Below are positions 15,437-22,263 of a stretch of DNA of 24,000 bases, piece by piece. The stretch is from Thermoproteota archaeon. GTDB lineage: Archaea > Korarchaeota > Korarchaeia > Korarchaeales > Korarchaeaceae. Made by a program: the position numbers and the translations under genes. The notes beneath the pieces are model-generated. The model saw nothing but the letters and a program-made list of their open reading frames with translations. It was not told where the DNA came from and made no database searches. Numbering within the stretch: the first letter of the stretch is position 1; every line of letters starts with the position of its first letter. Where the stretch lies: NCBI GenBank assembly GCA_027491415.1, contig JAOZFH010000063.1, forward strand, positions 8,768 to 32,767, in the 5' to 3' direction.

Positions 15437-16291
15437 GTCCGGGATCTCGAACGGAGTCTTGGCCACAGGTATCCCAGCCCCGTTCAGGGCTCTGAGCTTG
15501 GAGTCGTAGGTCCCCATGCCCCCGGAGATTATGGCCCCGGCGTGCCCCATCCTCCTCCCAGGCGGAGCCGTCCTGCCGGCGACGTACGCGACCACGGGCT
15601 TGGGGTAGCCGATCCTCATCACGTACTCCGCGGCGTCCTCCTCGGCCCTCCCGCCAATCTCGCCGACCAGAACCACCGCCTCGGTCTCCTCGTCTTCCCT
15701 GAACATCTCCAGCACGTCCGTGAAGCTCAGGCCGGTCACTGGGTCCCCGCCTATCCCCACGGTCAGGGGCGTCCCCATCCCGCGCCTCTTGAGCGAGAGG
15801 GCTATCTCGTAGGTCAGTGTTCCGCTCCTTGAGACTATGCCCACGCCCCCGGGCGCGAACACGTCCCCCGGCATTATCCCCAGCTTGACGCCCTCTCCCG
15901 GGGCAATGGCGCCTGGGGTGTTGGGCCCGACTATCGTGGCGCCCTTGAGCCTCGCGTACTCGACGAACTTGGCGGCGTCGTGGACGGGTATGTGCTCGGT
16001 TATCACGACCAGCAGCCCTATGCCAGCCTCCAGGGCCTCCATCACAGCATCGTAGGCGAACGGGGCCGGCACGAATATCACCGAGGCGTCCACAGTCCCC
16101 ACTTCGCCCACGGCTTCCTCGACGGAGTCGAAGACTGGGACGCCCTCGACCTCCTGCCCACCCTTCCCGGGGGTGACGCCGGCCACGATCTCGGTCCCGT
16201 AGTCCAGCATGAGCCTGGCGTGGGTCCTGCCCTGGCGGCCGGTTATGCCCTGGACGATCACCCTCATTCCCTTCCTCAGGAGCGGGGGCAT
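15410..16291 (-). CDS. sucD: Succinyl-CoA synthetase (ADP-forming) alpha subunit
   Basis: 293 aa. [44 protein letters not shown], and the phosphohistidine loop [13 protein letters not shown] are present. Confidence 0.93.
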   Translation of the reverse strand: MPPLLRKGMRVIVQGITGRQGRTHARLMLDYGTEIVAGVTPGKGGQEVEGVPVFDSVEEAVGEVGTVDASVIFVPAPFAYDAVMEALEAGIGLLVVITEHIPVHDAAKFVEYARLKGATIVGPNTPGAIAPGEGVKLGIMPGDVFAPGGVGIVSRSGTLTYEIALSLKRRGMGTPLTVGIGGDPVTGLSFTDVLEMFREDEETEAVVLVGEIGGRAEEDAAEYVMRIGYPKPVVAYVAGRTAPPGRRMGHAGAIISGGMGTYDSKLRALNGAGIPVAKTPFEIPDLLAGLLRR

Positions 16292-16322
16292 CTTGTCATC
16301 TCCCCGGCCGGAGAGTTACAGG

Positions 16323-16330
16323 CTTTAATT
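16323..16330 (+). promoter_or_regulatory. TATA-like box (CTTTAATT) in the sucD/sucC divergent spacer
   Basis: Located 24-31 nt upstream of the sucC ATG at 16354 and 32-39 nt from the sucD ATG at 16291 on the other strand. Confidence 0.45.
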
Positions 16331-16353
16331 GTTCGTTGCCGTCGGGCCGGGCG

Positions 16354-17484
16354 ATGAGGCTCCTGGAGCACGAGGTCAAGGCCATGCTGGCCGAGGCCGG
16401 CATCCCCGTTCCGAGGGGGAGGGTCGCCAGGACCCCGGAGGAGGCGCGCGAGGTCGCCAGTGAGCTCGGCGTTCCTGTCGCGGTCAAGGCGCAGGTCCCG
16501 GTCGGCAAGAGGGGGAAGGCCGGTGGAATAAAGCTGGCGAGCACTCCGGAGGAGGCTGAGGAGGCGGCCAGGGCCATCCTCTCCATGGAGGTCTGGGGGC
16601 ACAGGCCGGAGTCCGTGCTGGTGGAGGAGGCCGTCCGGGTCGGGGCGGAACACTACCTGGGGACCATCCTGGACAGGTCGGCCAGGAGGATGGTCCTGAT
16701 GACCACCCCCTACGGAGGCATGGACGTGGAGGAGTCCGCTGCGCTGCACCCGGAGGCCATGGCCAGGGTGGAGGTGAATCCCCTCGTCGGCCTCGCCCAG
16801 TTCCAGGTCAGGAAGCTCGCGTGGAACGTCTCAAGGGACCCGGAGGTGGCGAAGCAGCTCGCCAGGGTGATATCGGCGTTCTGGGACCTGGTGGAGAGGT
16901 ACGACCTCCTGATGGCGGAGATCAACCCGCTCGCCGTTGCGGAGGACGGGAGGATCCTGGCGCTGGACGCGAGGGCCGAGGTAGACGACAACTCCCTCTT
17001 CAGGCACCCGCAGTTCTCAAAGAGGGCTCACTCGGCCAACCCCAGGGAGAGGATGGCGGAGGAGGCTGGCGTGACCTACGTGGAGCTCGACGGCGACGTG
17101 GGCACGATGGCCAACGGGGCGGGCCTGGCGATGGCGACCATGGACCTCGTGGCCGAGGCCGGGGGCAGGCCAGCGAACTTCTGCGACGTGGGCGGAGGGG
17201 CGTCGGCGAAGGCTGTGGAGTCGGCGATGAGGGTCATCACGTCGAACCCCAACGTCAAGGTCGTGCTGGTGAACGCCCTGTGCGGGATCACCAGCGGCGA
17301 GGACGTTGCCCGGGGGATAGCCGAGGCCGTCGCCAACCTCGGGCTGGGGCCCGAATCCCTGGTCGTCAGGCTCGAGGGGTTTAGGGCGGAGGAGGGGGCC
17401 GAGATACTCAGAGAGGCGGGCATAGAGGTCTACAAGGATCCGATGGAGGCCGTGAGGGAGGCGGTCAGGAGGGCCTCCGTCTAG
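16354..17484 (+). CDS. sucC: Succinyl-CoA synthetase beta subunit (ATP-grasp)
   Basis: MRLLEHEVKAMLAEAGIPVPRG..., VAVKAQVPVGKRGKAGGIKLA, EINPLAV and MANGAGLAMATMDLV are present. ATG 16354 lies 24 nt downstream of a TTTAATT box. The track start TTG 16336 is less likely. Confidence 0.92.
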   Translation: MRLLEHEVKAMLAEAGIPVPRGRVARTPEEAREVASELGVPVAVKAQVPVGKRGKAGGIKLASTPEEAEEAARAILSMEVWGHRPESVLVEEAVRVGAEHYLGTILDRSARRMVLMTTPYGGMDVEESAALHPEAMARVEVNPLVGLAQFQVRKLAWNVSRDPEVAKQLARVISAFWDLVERYDLLMAEINPLAVAEDGRILALDARAEVDDNSLFRHPQFSKRAHSANPRERMAEEAGVTYVELDGDVGTMANGAGLAMATMDLVAEAGGRPANFCDVGGGASAKAVESAMRVITSNPNVKVVLVNALCGITSGEDVARGIAEAVANLGLGPESLVVRLEGFRAEEGAEILREAGIEVYKDPMEAVREAVRRASV

Positions 17485-17532
17485 CCACCAACCACAGGGA
17501 AAAATCTTATTCGGAGTCTCCCGGAATGGATA

Positions 17533-18261
17533 ATGATGAACCCGAGAGCAGCGGGAGCGGCTCTCGCGTTCACGCTGACGCTCGCCTACTTCTCGATAAT
17601 TTGGCTCTCGGAGGTGGGATGCGGGCTCTGCTCATCAGCGGCCCTACTCTCCCTCGCGATCTTCGCCATCAAGAGGCCTGGATCCGCTCACTTTCTCCTC
17701 CACGAGCCTCTCGTTCGCGAGGGGGGAGTCAGACTCAGGATGGGTTGGTGGGCCGTCCTGGGTGGGCTCGGCGGAGTCCTGGCCGCCTGGCCGATCTCAG
17801 AGGTCGCATCGAGGTTTGCGGAGGGGGTGGAAACCCCCCGTGAGGCCCTTGGACGTGAGGCTCCTGATCCTGTTCCTCCTCCTCGGCCTCATACCCAGCC
17901 TCGACTCGGGGAGGCCGAGCGAGTGGCCTGTGAGGCCCTTTGTGATGCAGTGGCCGATCTGGGGTCGGTTCCGCCAAAAGGCGTAGTGGACTCGTGGCTC
18001 TTGGTCGCCGGGGGGTCTGGCGCCAGGCTGGCAAAGGAGATCGCCGGGCTAGAGAGGAGGCTGAAGAAGCTCCGCGATCAGGCAGAGATCTTCAGGGCGC
18101 GCCTCTACCTCCACGAGACGAGGGGAGTCCCGCTGGAGGACTGGATACCAGTGAAGGCAAGAGAGGTCGAGGCGGAGATTCGGGAGGTCGAGAGCAGGTT
18201 GGAGAGGACCAGGTCCGAGCTGGAGGAGAGGTTCAGGCGGGCGCTCTCTGCGGCCTCCTGA
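17533..18261 (+). CDS. Hypothetical membrane protein with a C-terminal coiled-coil-like region
   Basis: The N-terminus has 2-3 hydrophobic helices (AALAFTLTLAYFSIIWL, LCSSAALLSLAIFAI, WWAVLGGLGGVLAAW). The C-terminus is Arg/Glu-rich and helical (LERRLKKLRDQAEIFRARL...EVEAEIREVESRLERTRSELEERF). No family was recognised. Confidence 0.5.
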   Translation: MMNPRAAGAALAFTLTLAYFSIIWLSEVGCGLCSSAALLSLAIFAIKRPGSAHFLLHEPLVREGGVRLRMGWWAVLGGLGGVLAAWPISEVASRFAEGVETPREALGREAPDPVPPPRPHTQPRLGEAERVACEALCDAVADLGSVPPKGVVDSWLLVAGGSGARLAKEIAGLERRLKKLRDQAEIFRARLYLHETRGVPLEDWIPVKAREVEAEIREVESRLERTRSELEERFRRALSAAS

Positions 18262-18577
18262 CGACCTTCAAGGTACGACCTCCGCGGTGGCCCTGACTCT
18301 AGAGACACCCTGAACGCGTAATAGCCGAAGTGGCCCTGCACGTTGGGTACGATCGCCTTGAACTCCACCGGCCTGGCGTGGCTCTCTCGGGAACGCGGAG
18401 CCCAAACTCGACGACGAGGGACCACCCCTCCTCCAGGGCCATCAGGGAGCGCCCTCCCACCCCACGGGCGAGAGTCCCCGCTCGTTCTTCAAGAAAATGA
18501 AGAACTAAAGGCTTATAACGCACAAAGCTTTGTCTGTATTTGGGGCAGATATGAGGTTCCCAGGAACCTCTCCACAC
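18250..18577 (-). mobile_element. Degraded IS200/IS605-type Y1 transposase (tnpA) remnant
   Basis: Two minus-strand frames together resemble TnpA. Frame A reads EPHICPKYRQSFV...LEEGWSLVVEFGLR (compare the YHxVxCPKYRR block; the HuH position is degenerate). After a frameshift near 18390-18420, frame B reads VEFKAIVPNVQGHFGYYAFRVSLESGPPRRSYLEGRQE (compare HFWARGYYVSTVG...RKYIENQE). No intact ORF and no tnpB are present. Confidence 0.5.
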
Positions 18578-18916
18578 CTCGAACTCAAGTTCGTCGTTCT
18601 CATCTTCCTGCTGTCGACCGCTATAGTGTGTCAGGCCTTGGCAGATTCAAGGGAGTCAGGTGAGGTGGAGCCCCTGTCCATACCAGTCGTCAACTGCAAG
18701 AGATATGAAGGTACTTACTCTTAGGTTGTTGCATGCGTATCCGCGAATTACGATCCGGTTAGGGGGGTATACTTCAACTGGCGGCACTGGGCCGAATGTG
18801 GAAGAAATGAAGGCTTCGAGTATGCCACCGTAGTTTGCTACTATACCGGCGATCACTCATCCTTCGGCGGCTGCCGAGGCCTGGACCGACGTGTACCTCC
18901 CCTGGGGAGAGGTTAA
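18551..18916 (+). pseudogene. Small secreted Cys-rich protein ORF interrupted by an in-frame TAG
   Basis: ATG 18551 gives MRFPGTSPHLELKFVVLIFLLSTAIVCQALA|DSRES... (signal peptide with AxA). The ORF is stopped by TAG at 18722-18724. The same frame stays open for 63 more codons (VVACVSANYDPVRGVYFNWRHWAECGRNEGFEYATVVCYYTGDHSSFGGC...) to TAA at 18914-18916. Confidence 0.4.
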
Positions 18917-18965
18917 ACCATACGACGCACGCGCTTTCGTTGCTATATGGGGGTGAGGGTGAGGC

Positions 18966-19985
18966 GTGAATATAGCCCGAGCTGCCGGAGTTCTTGCGCT
19001 GGTAGCACTGGCAGGGTCGGCCCTGACGGTAAGCCTAGCGCCCGATGAAAGATACCTGCCTGTAGAGAGGGCAGTCATAGCGTTTGGGGGAGCTCGGGAA
19101 ACCACCACAATCCTCTTAGACGACGGCGGAGTCATAGAGACTGACGCAGAGAAGCTGTCGGCGGCCGTTGGGAGGGAGGAGGAGGGCGGCAGCGTCGAGG
19201 GAGTCTATGGGTGGGAGCTAATCGGGTTTGATGGGGAGCTCGCCAGGCTGAGGGTGTGGTTCAGTGTGAACGCCACCGCCGTCCTATATGAGGGGAGGGA
19301 GGCGGCGGAGCTGGCGGAGAGCCGAGACTTCTCCTTCGTTAGGAGGGTCGAGATCCTATCCTTGGATTCCGTGAGCGCGAGGGGGAAAACCGTTCTACTC
19401 CGTGGACTATTTCAGCTGGGACGTGAGGAGGAGATCCTCCTGGACCCGTCGCGCGGTGTGATTGTGGACGAGAGCGGGGAGCCCTGGGGGAGGTTCCTAC
19501 TCTGGATAGATCCTGAGGGGGTTCCTCGGTCTGGGTGGGTCACGGGGGTGGCTATCTTCAACTGGACCGACGGCACGGAGGTTGTCTGGAACCTTAGCAG
19601 GTTGGAGCTCAAGAGCCCGCTTAGGAGGGGCGGGTTGGAGTCCTCTGAGGTCGTGATTGGAGCCGCGAACCTCTCCCTATACGAGCCCGGCCGGGTGATG
19701 GTTGTCCCGCTGCTCGTACTGTACGACTCCGAGACCGGAGCGTTCCTCGAGGCACCCAGCGGGTACGCCGACGACTACCTGCGTCAGAGGCTCGGCATCG
19801 TGTTGATCCGCTCCGCGCCCAAGCCAGGCTCGAGGGAGTTCGGGCTGAGGCTCGTGGAGGTTAAGTTGACGCGGGTCGAGGGAGGCGCGGGAGAGCGGCT
19901 CTACCGAGGACTCATACCAGCCTTCTTGGTCGCCGCGCTGGCAGCATTGAGCCTCCTGCTCACCCGACTTAGGAGGGGCCGATGA
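18966..19985 (+). CDS. Hypothetical surface/secreted protein with an N-terminal signal sequence and a C-terminal TM anchor
   Basis: 339 aa with a GTG start preceded by GGGTGAGGGTGAGG. It has an N-terminal hydrophobic segment (AAGVLALVALAGSALTV), four N-x-S/T sequons (NAT, NWT, NLS, NLS), and a C-terminal helix LIPAFLVAALAALSLLLT followed by RLRRGR. Confidence 0.65.
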   Translation: MNIARAAGVLALVALAGSALTVSLAPDERYLPVERAVIAFGGARETTTILLDDGGVIETDAEKLSAAVGREEEGGSVEGVYGWELIGFDGELARLRVWFSVNATAVLYEGREAAELAESRDFSFVRRVEILSLDSVSARGKTVLLRGLFQLGREEEILLDPSRGVIVDESGEPWGRFLLWIDPEGVPRSGWVTGVAIFNWTDGTEVVWNLSRLELKSPLRRGGLESSEVVIGAANLSLYEPGRVMVVPLLVLYDSETGAFLEAPSGYADDYLRQRLGIVLIRSAPKPGSREFGLRLVEVKLTRVEGGAGERLYRGLIPAFLVAALAALSLLLTRLRRGR

Positions 19986-20095
19986 GCCCGCCCGTCAGAT
20001 TCAGCCCCTATTGTCACGAGAGGGCGGGGGCGTTCTCGCCTTGGCCGTCTTATCCTGGAAAGTCGATGTCGCTTAATTCGCCGGCCCGGGTGAAT

Positions 20096-20512
20096 CTAGA
20101 AGACCCTCCTGACCCACGGTATCAGGTCGAAGTCGCGGTCGTTCGACAGAACCTCTTCGACGCCGATTCTCCTCATCTGAACCGCTAGAACTAGATCGTC
20201 CCACACGCTCAAGCTCAGGCCAAGCCTCTCAGCCTCTCTCAACGCCTCTTCGAAGTCCTCAAGCCCGGTCTCGATTACTTCGATGGGCTTATCCCTTAGG
20301 AAGGCTAGGAAAGTAGGTATGGCGCTCCACGCCCTCCTCCTGTCGAGGTGCGCCAGGACCTGGGACAGGGCCAGCGTGGACGTGACTAGCCCGGCTTCCT
20401 TGAGGCGCTCCCTCGCCCTGGGTCCGTACCTCGGGTCGGCCATGAGCACGTAGAGGAAGACGTTCGAGTCAACGAACCTCCTCTCCCGAGAGGGAGGACT
20501 CGACCTCCTCAA
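20096..20512 (-). CDS. vapC: PIN-domain ribonuclease toxin (VapC)
   Basis: 138 aa. The PIN acidic residues are in the expected context: FVDSNVFLYVL, ...WDDLVLA..., SNDRDFD. It overlaps the upstream antitoxin gene by 44 nt. Confidence 0.88.
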   Translation of the reverse strand: MRRSSPPSRERRFVDSNVFLYVLMADPRYGPRARERLKEAGLVTSTLALSQVLAHLDRRRAWSAIPTFLAFLRDKPIEVIETGLEDFEEALREAERLGLSLSVWDDLVLAVQMRRIGVEEVLSNDRDFDLIPWVRRVF

Positions 20513-20702
20513 TCTCGACCTCCTCCCCGCCCGCCAAGCCGTAGAGGTCGTCCACCGTGACCCTCCTCTTAGGGGCCAAGACCAGGGAGTCTCCTCTCAC
20601 TCTGAGGATCAATATGGACCCCTCTCTCAGCCCGAGGAGCCTCCTGACCCTGGCCGGGATCAGGATCCGGCCCTTCCTCTCGAGCCTGACCTCGTACTCC
20701 AT
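20469..20702 (-). CDS. vapB: AbrB/SpoVT-type antitoxin (VapB)
   Basis: 77 aa. RLERKGRILIPARVRRLLGLREGSILILRVRGDSLVLAP is a swapped-hairpin AbrB-like DNA-binding domain. Confidence 0.85.
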   Translation of the reverse strand: MEYEVRLERKGRILIPARVRRLLGLREGSILILRVRGDSLVLAPKRRVTVDDLYGLAGGEEVEIEEVESSLSGEEVR

Positions 20703-20733
20703 CGGTGGGATCGTATAGAGTGGGAGGTTCCAC

Positions 20734-20741
20734 CTATATAT
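20734..20741 (-). promoter_or_regulatory. TATA-like box (minus-strand ATATATAG) for the intact vapBC operon
   Basis: Located 32-39 nt upstream of the vapB ATG at 20702. Confidence 0.4.
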
Positions 20742-20820
20742 GTCCCACTACCCAGATAGCGACGGCCCGCCCTGAGCACGCGCGAGCGCGCGGCCGCGCG
20801 AAGTTCCGCGGCCTCCCGCG

Positions 20821-21241
20821 TGAGAGGTAGGGGGATATCACCCTGTCGATTTCCCTCAGCGCATCCCTCAACTTCGCGTCGAAGCTGGCCAGCTTGAAAC
20901 ACCTCCTGAGGGCAAGAGTGACTTAGGCCGAGTCGTAGACCGTGATTCCATACCTGTGGGCGTTGTCCAGGGCCTCCGGTATGAGTCTCCTCACCTCCAC
21001 CACCTCTCCCACGCTGCTCCCGATCAGGGGCACCACGAGGGTCCTGAGCCTCCTGTAGCTCCCTCGGGTATCCTCTTGAGCACGCGCGCGTGCTCAAGAG
21101 GACGTTGGCGGTCTCCACGAAGGCCAGGTCCACCGTGACGAGCTCCGACCTGCCATGAGAGATCAGGAAGGACTCGGCCCTCTCGAAGAACTCGTCCTTT
21201 ATCATCAGGCTCGAGAAGACCAAGGCGTCCACCACGTACAA
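20821..21241 (-). pseudogene. PIN-domain toxin (VapC-like) pseudogene: frameshift at a palindrome plus an in-frame TAA
   Basis: From TTG 21241: (M)YVVDALVFSSLMIKDEFFERAESFLISHGRSELVTVDLAFVETANV, which then runs into the 32-bp palindrome. The PIN C-terminal half continues in another frame: SYRRLRTLVVPLIGSSVGEVVEVRRLIPEALDNAHRYGITVYDSA-TAA-VTLALRRCFKLASFDAKLRDALREIDRV. The TAA is at 20923-20925, where PIN domains normally have YDxxY. Confidence 0.8.
21071..21102. repeat. 32-bp perfect palindrome TCCTCTTGAGCACGCG|CGCGTGCTCAAGAGGA
   Basis: Read directly; every position pairs with its mirror. The 12-mer TGAGCACGCGCG (21077-21088) recurs at 20773-20784 inside a CG-alternating tract. Confidence 0.9.
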
Positions 21242-21469
21242 CTACCTGCCCTCCCTGGACTCCCTGATTGCCTCCCAGGCGGGCTCACCAGAGGGCTCAA
21301 CTCCCTCCAGCGCCTCCTTAACGGACCTGATCGTCCCTCTGAACTCCTCCTCCCTCAGCCTCTCCTCTACGAACTTCTCTATTTCGGCCCTCCAGTTCAC
21401 CCCGACCCTCTTCATCCTCTCCCTCAGCTCTCTGCTGACCCTGACGCTGAACACGACGGTCTCGGTCAT
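21242..21469 (-). CDS. Ribbon-helix-helix (CopG-like) antitoxin
   Basis: MTETVVFSVRVSRELRERMKRVGVNWRAEIEKFVEERL... has the beta-strand/helix/helix pattern of RHH antitoxins. Its TAG stop directly abuts the TTG start of the PIN pseudogene. I prefer ATG 21469 over the track start 21535. Confidence 0.75.
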   Translation of the reverse strand: MTETVVFSVRVSRELRERMKRVGVNWRAEIEKFVEERLREEEFRGTIRSVKEALEGVEPSGEPAWEAIRESREGR

Positions 21470-22263
21470 CGCACTTTGTCTGCAATTAGTAAAATTGTAG
21501 CAGCCGACCGATATCTGCCGTGCATGTCGAGCCAAACTGAAAAGCGCGCTGAGGCTGACTGGCTACGAAATGCTGGCGATCGCTTGGCAGATTCTCCTGG
21601 GGGAGGACATCCCTGAATCACGAACGTGCCGTTGGATGAGGCAAGCGTGGCCAGAACCATTTCTTCACCGTGCTTGTCGGTGAGGTAGACCAGCCGCCAG
21701 GTCAGGTCGTGGATCTCAGCGAGAGTGATATTCAGCATCTCGTAAACATCGAGTCCCCTGTCCTCCAACTCAACTAGCCCCCCGAGGAGAGCGTATGCAG
21801 CCGGGTCACCAGCCCGCGCCTGGCCCAGCTGGGCCCTGAACTCCGGGCTATAGTCGCCATACTTCGCCCTGTAAATGAGTTCCCTTACGTAGATCCACTT
21901 CCGCGCGAGCTCCTCTCTCATCGTCTCCAGCTTAACCTCCTCGGCGGCAAACTCCCTGGAGTCCGGCTGGTACTCCTGACCCTCGGATATGAGAAAGAGC
22001 GCACTTAGCACACCGTGCCTCTCTGAGAGCAGCAGGATCAGACGGGTCAGATTCTCCACCTCAACGGCCGTGGCGTTTATTGCATCGGCAAGTTCCACGT
22101 CTCCAACATCGGGGAAATCGGAGAGCCAACTTTGAGCCGTGAAGTTGCTCTCCCTTGCCTCCTCAAGCGCCCTGCTGAACTCGGGGCTGTAGCTCCCGGT
22201 CAACGCCCTTCGAACGAGCTGCTCCAGGTGCGCCTGCTTCTGCATCAGTTCTTCTCCCACCAT
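21466..22263 (-). CDS. Hypothetical protein with two tandem copies of a roughly 85-aa domain (YSPEF...HG repeat)
   Basis: Repeat 1: LVRRALTGSYSPEFSRALEEARE...ENLTRLILLLSERHG. Repeat 2: LIYRAKYGDYSPEFRAQLGQARA...HDLTWRLVYLTDKHG. No family was recognised. Start is ATG 22263 or ATG 22245 (a TGATG overlap with the upstream stop). Its stop overlaps the RHH start (ATGA at 21466-21469). Confidence 0.65.
   Translation of the reverse strand: MVGEELMQKQAHLEQLVRRALTGSYSPEFSRALEEARESNFTAQSWLSDFPDVGDVELADAINATAVEVENLTRLILLLSERHGVLSALFLISEGQEYQPDSREFAAEEVKLETMREELARKWIYVRELIYRAKYGDYSPEFRAQLGQARAGDPAAYALLGGLVELEDRGLDVYEMLNITLAEIHDLTWRLVYLTDKHGEEMVLATLASSNGTFVIQGCPPPGESAKRSPAFRSQSASARFSVWLDMHGRYRSAATILLIADKVR

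Noticed and set aside
18656-18856. Minus-strand 66-aa ORF (MIAGIVANYGG...) as the real gene of the low-GC patch.
   Set aside because: It has no signal, motif or ribosome-binding context. It lies antisense to the longer plus-strand frame that has a convincing signal peptide. It cannot be excluded without expression data.
19986-20031. Inverted repeat CCCGCCC ... GGGCGGG downstream of gene 18966-19985, as a transcription terminator.
   Set aside because: It is only a 7-bp stem with a roughly 28-nt loop and no oligo-T stretch, which is the usual archaeal termination signal. It is not distinguishable from chance in GC-rich DNA.
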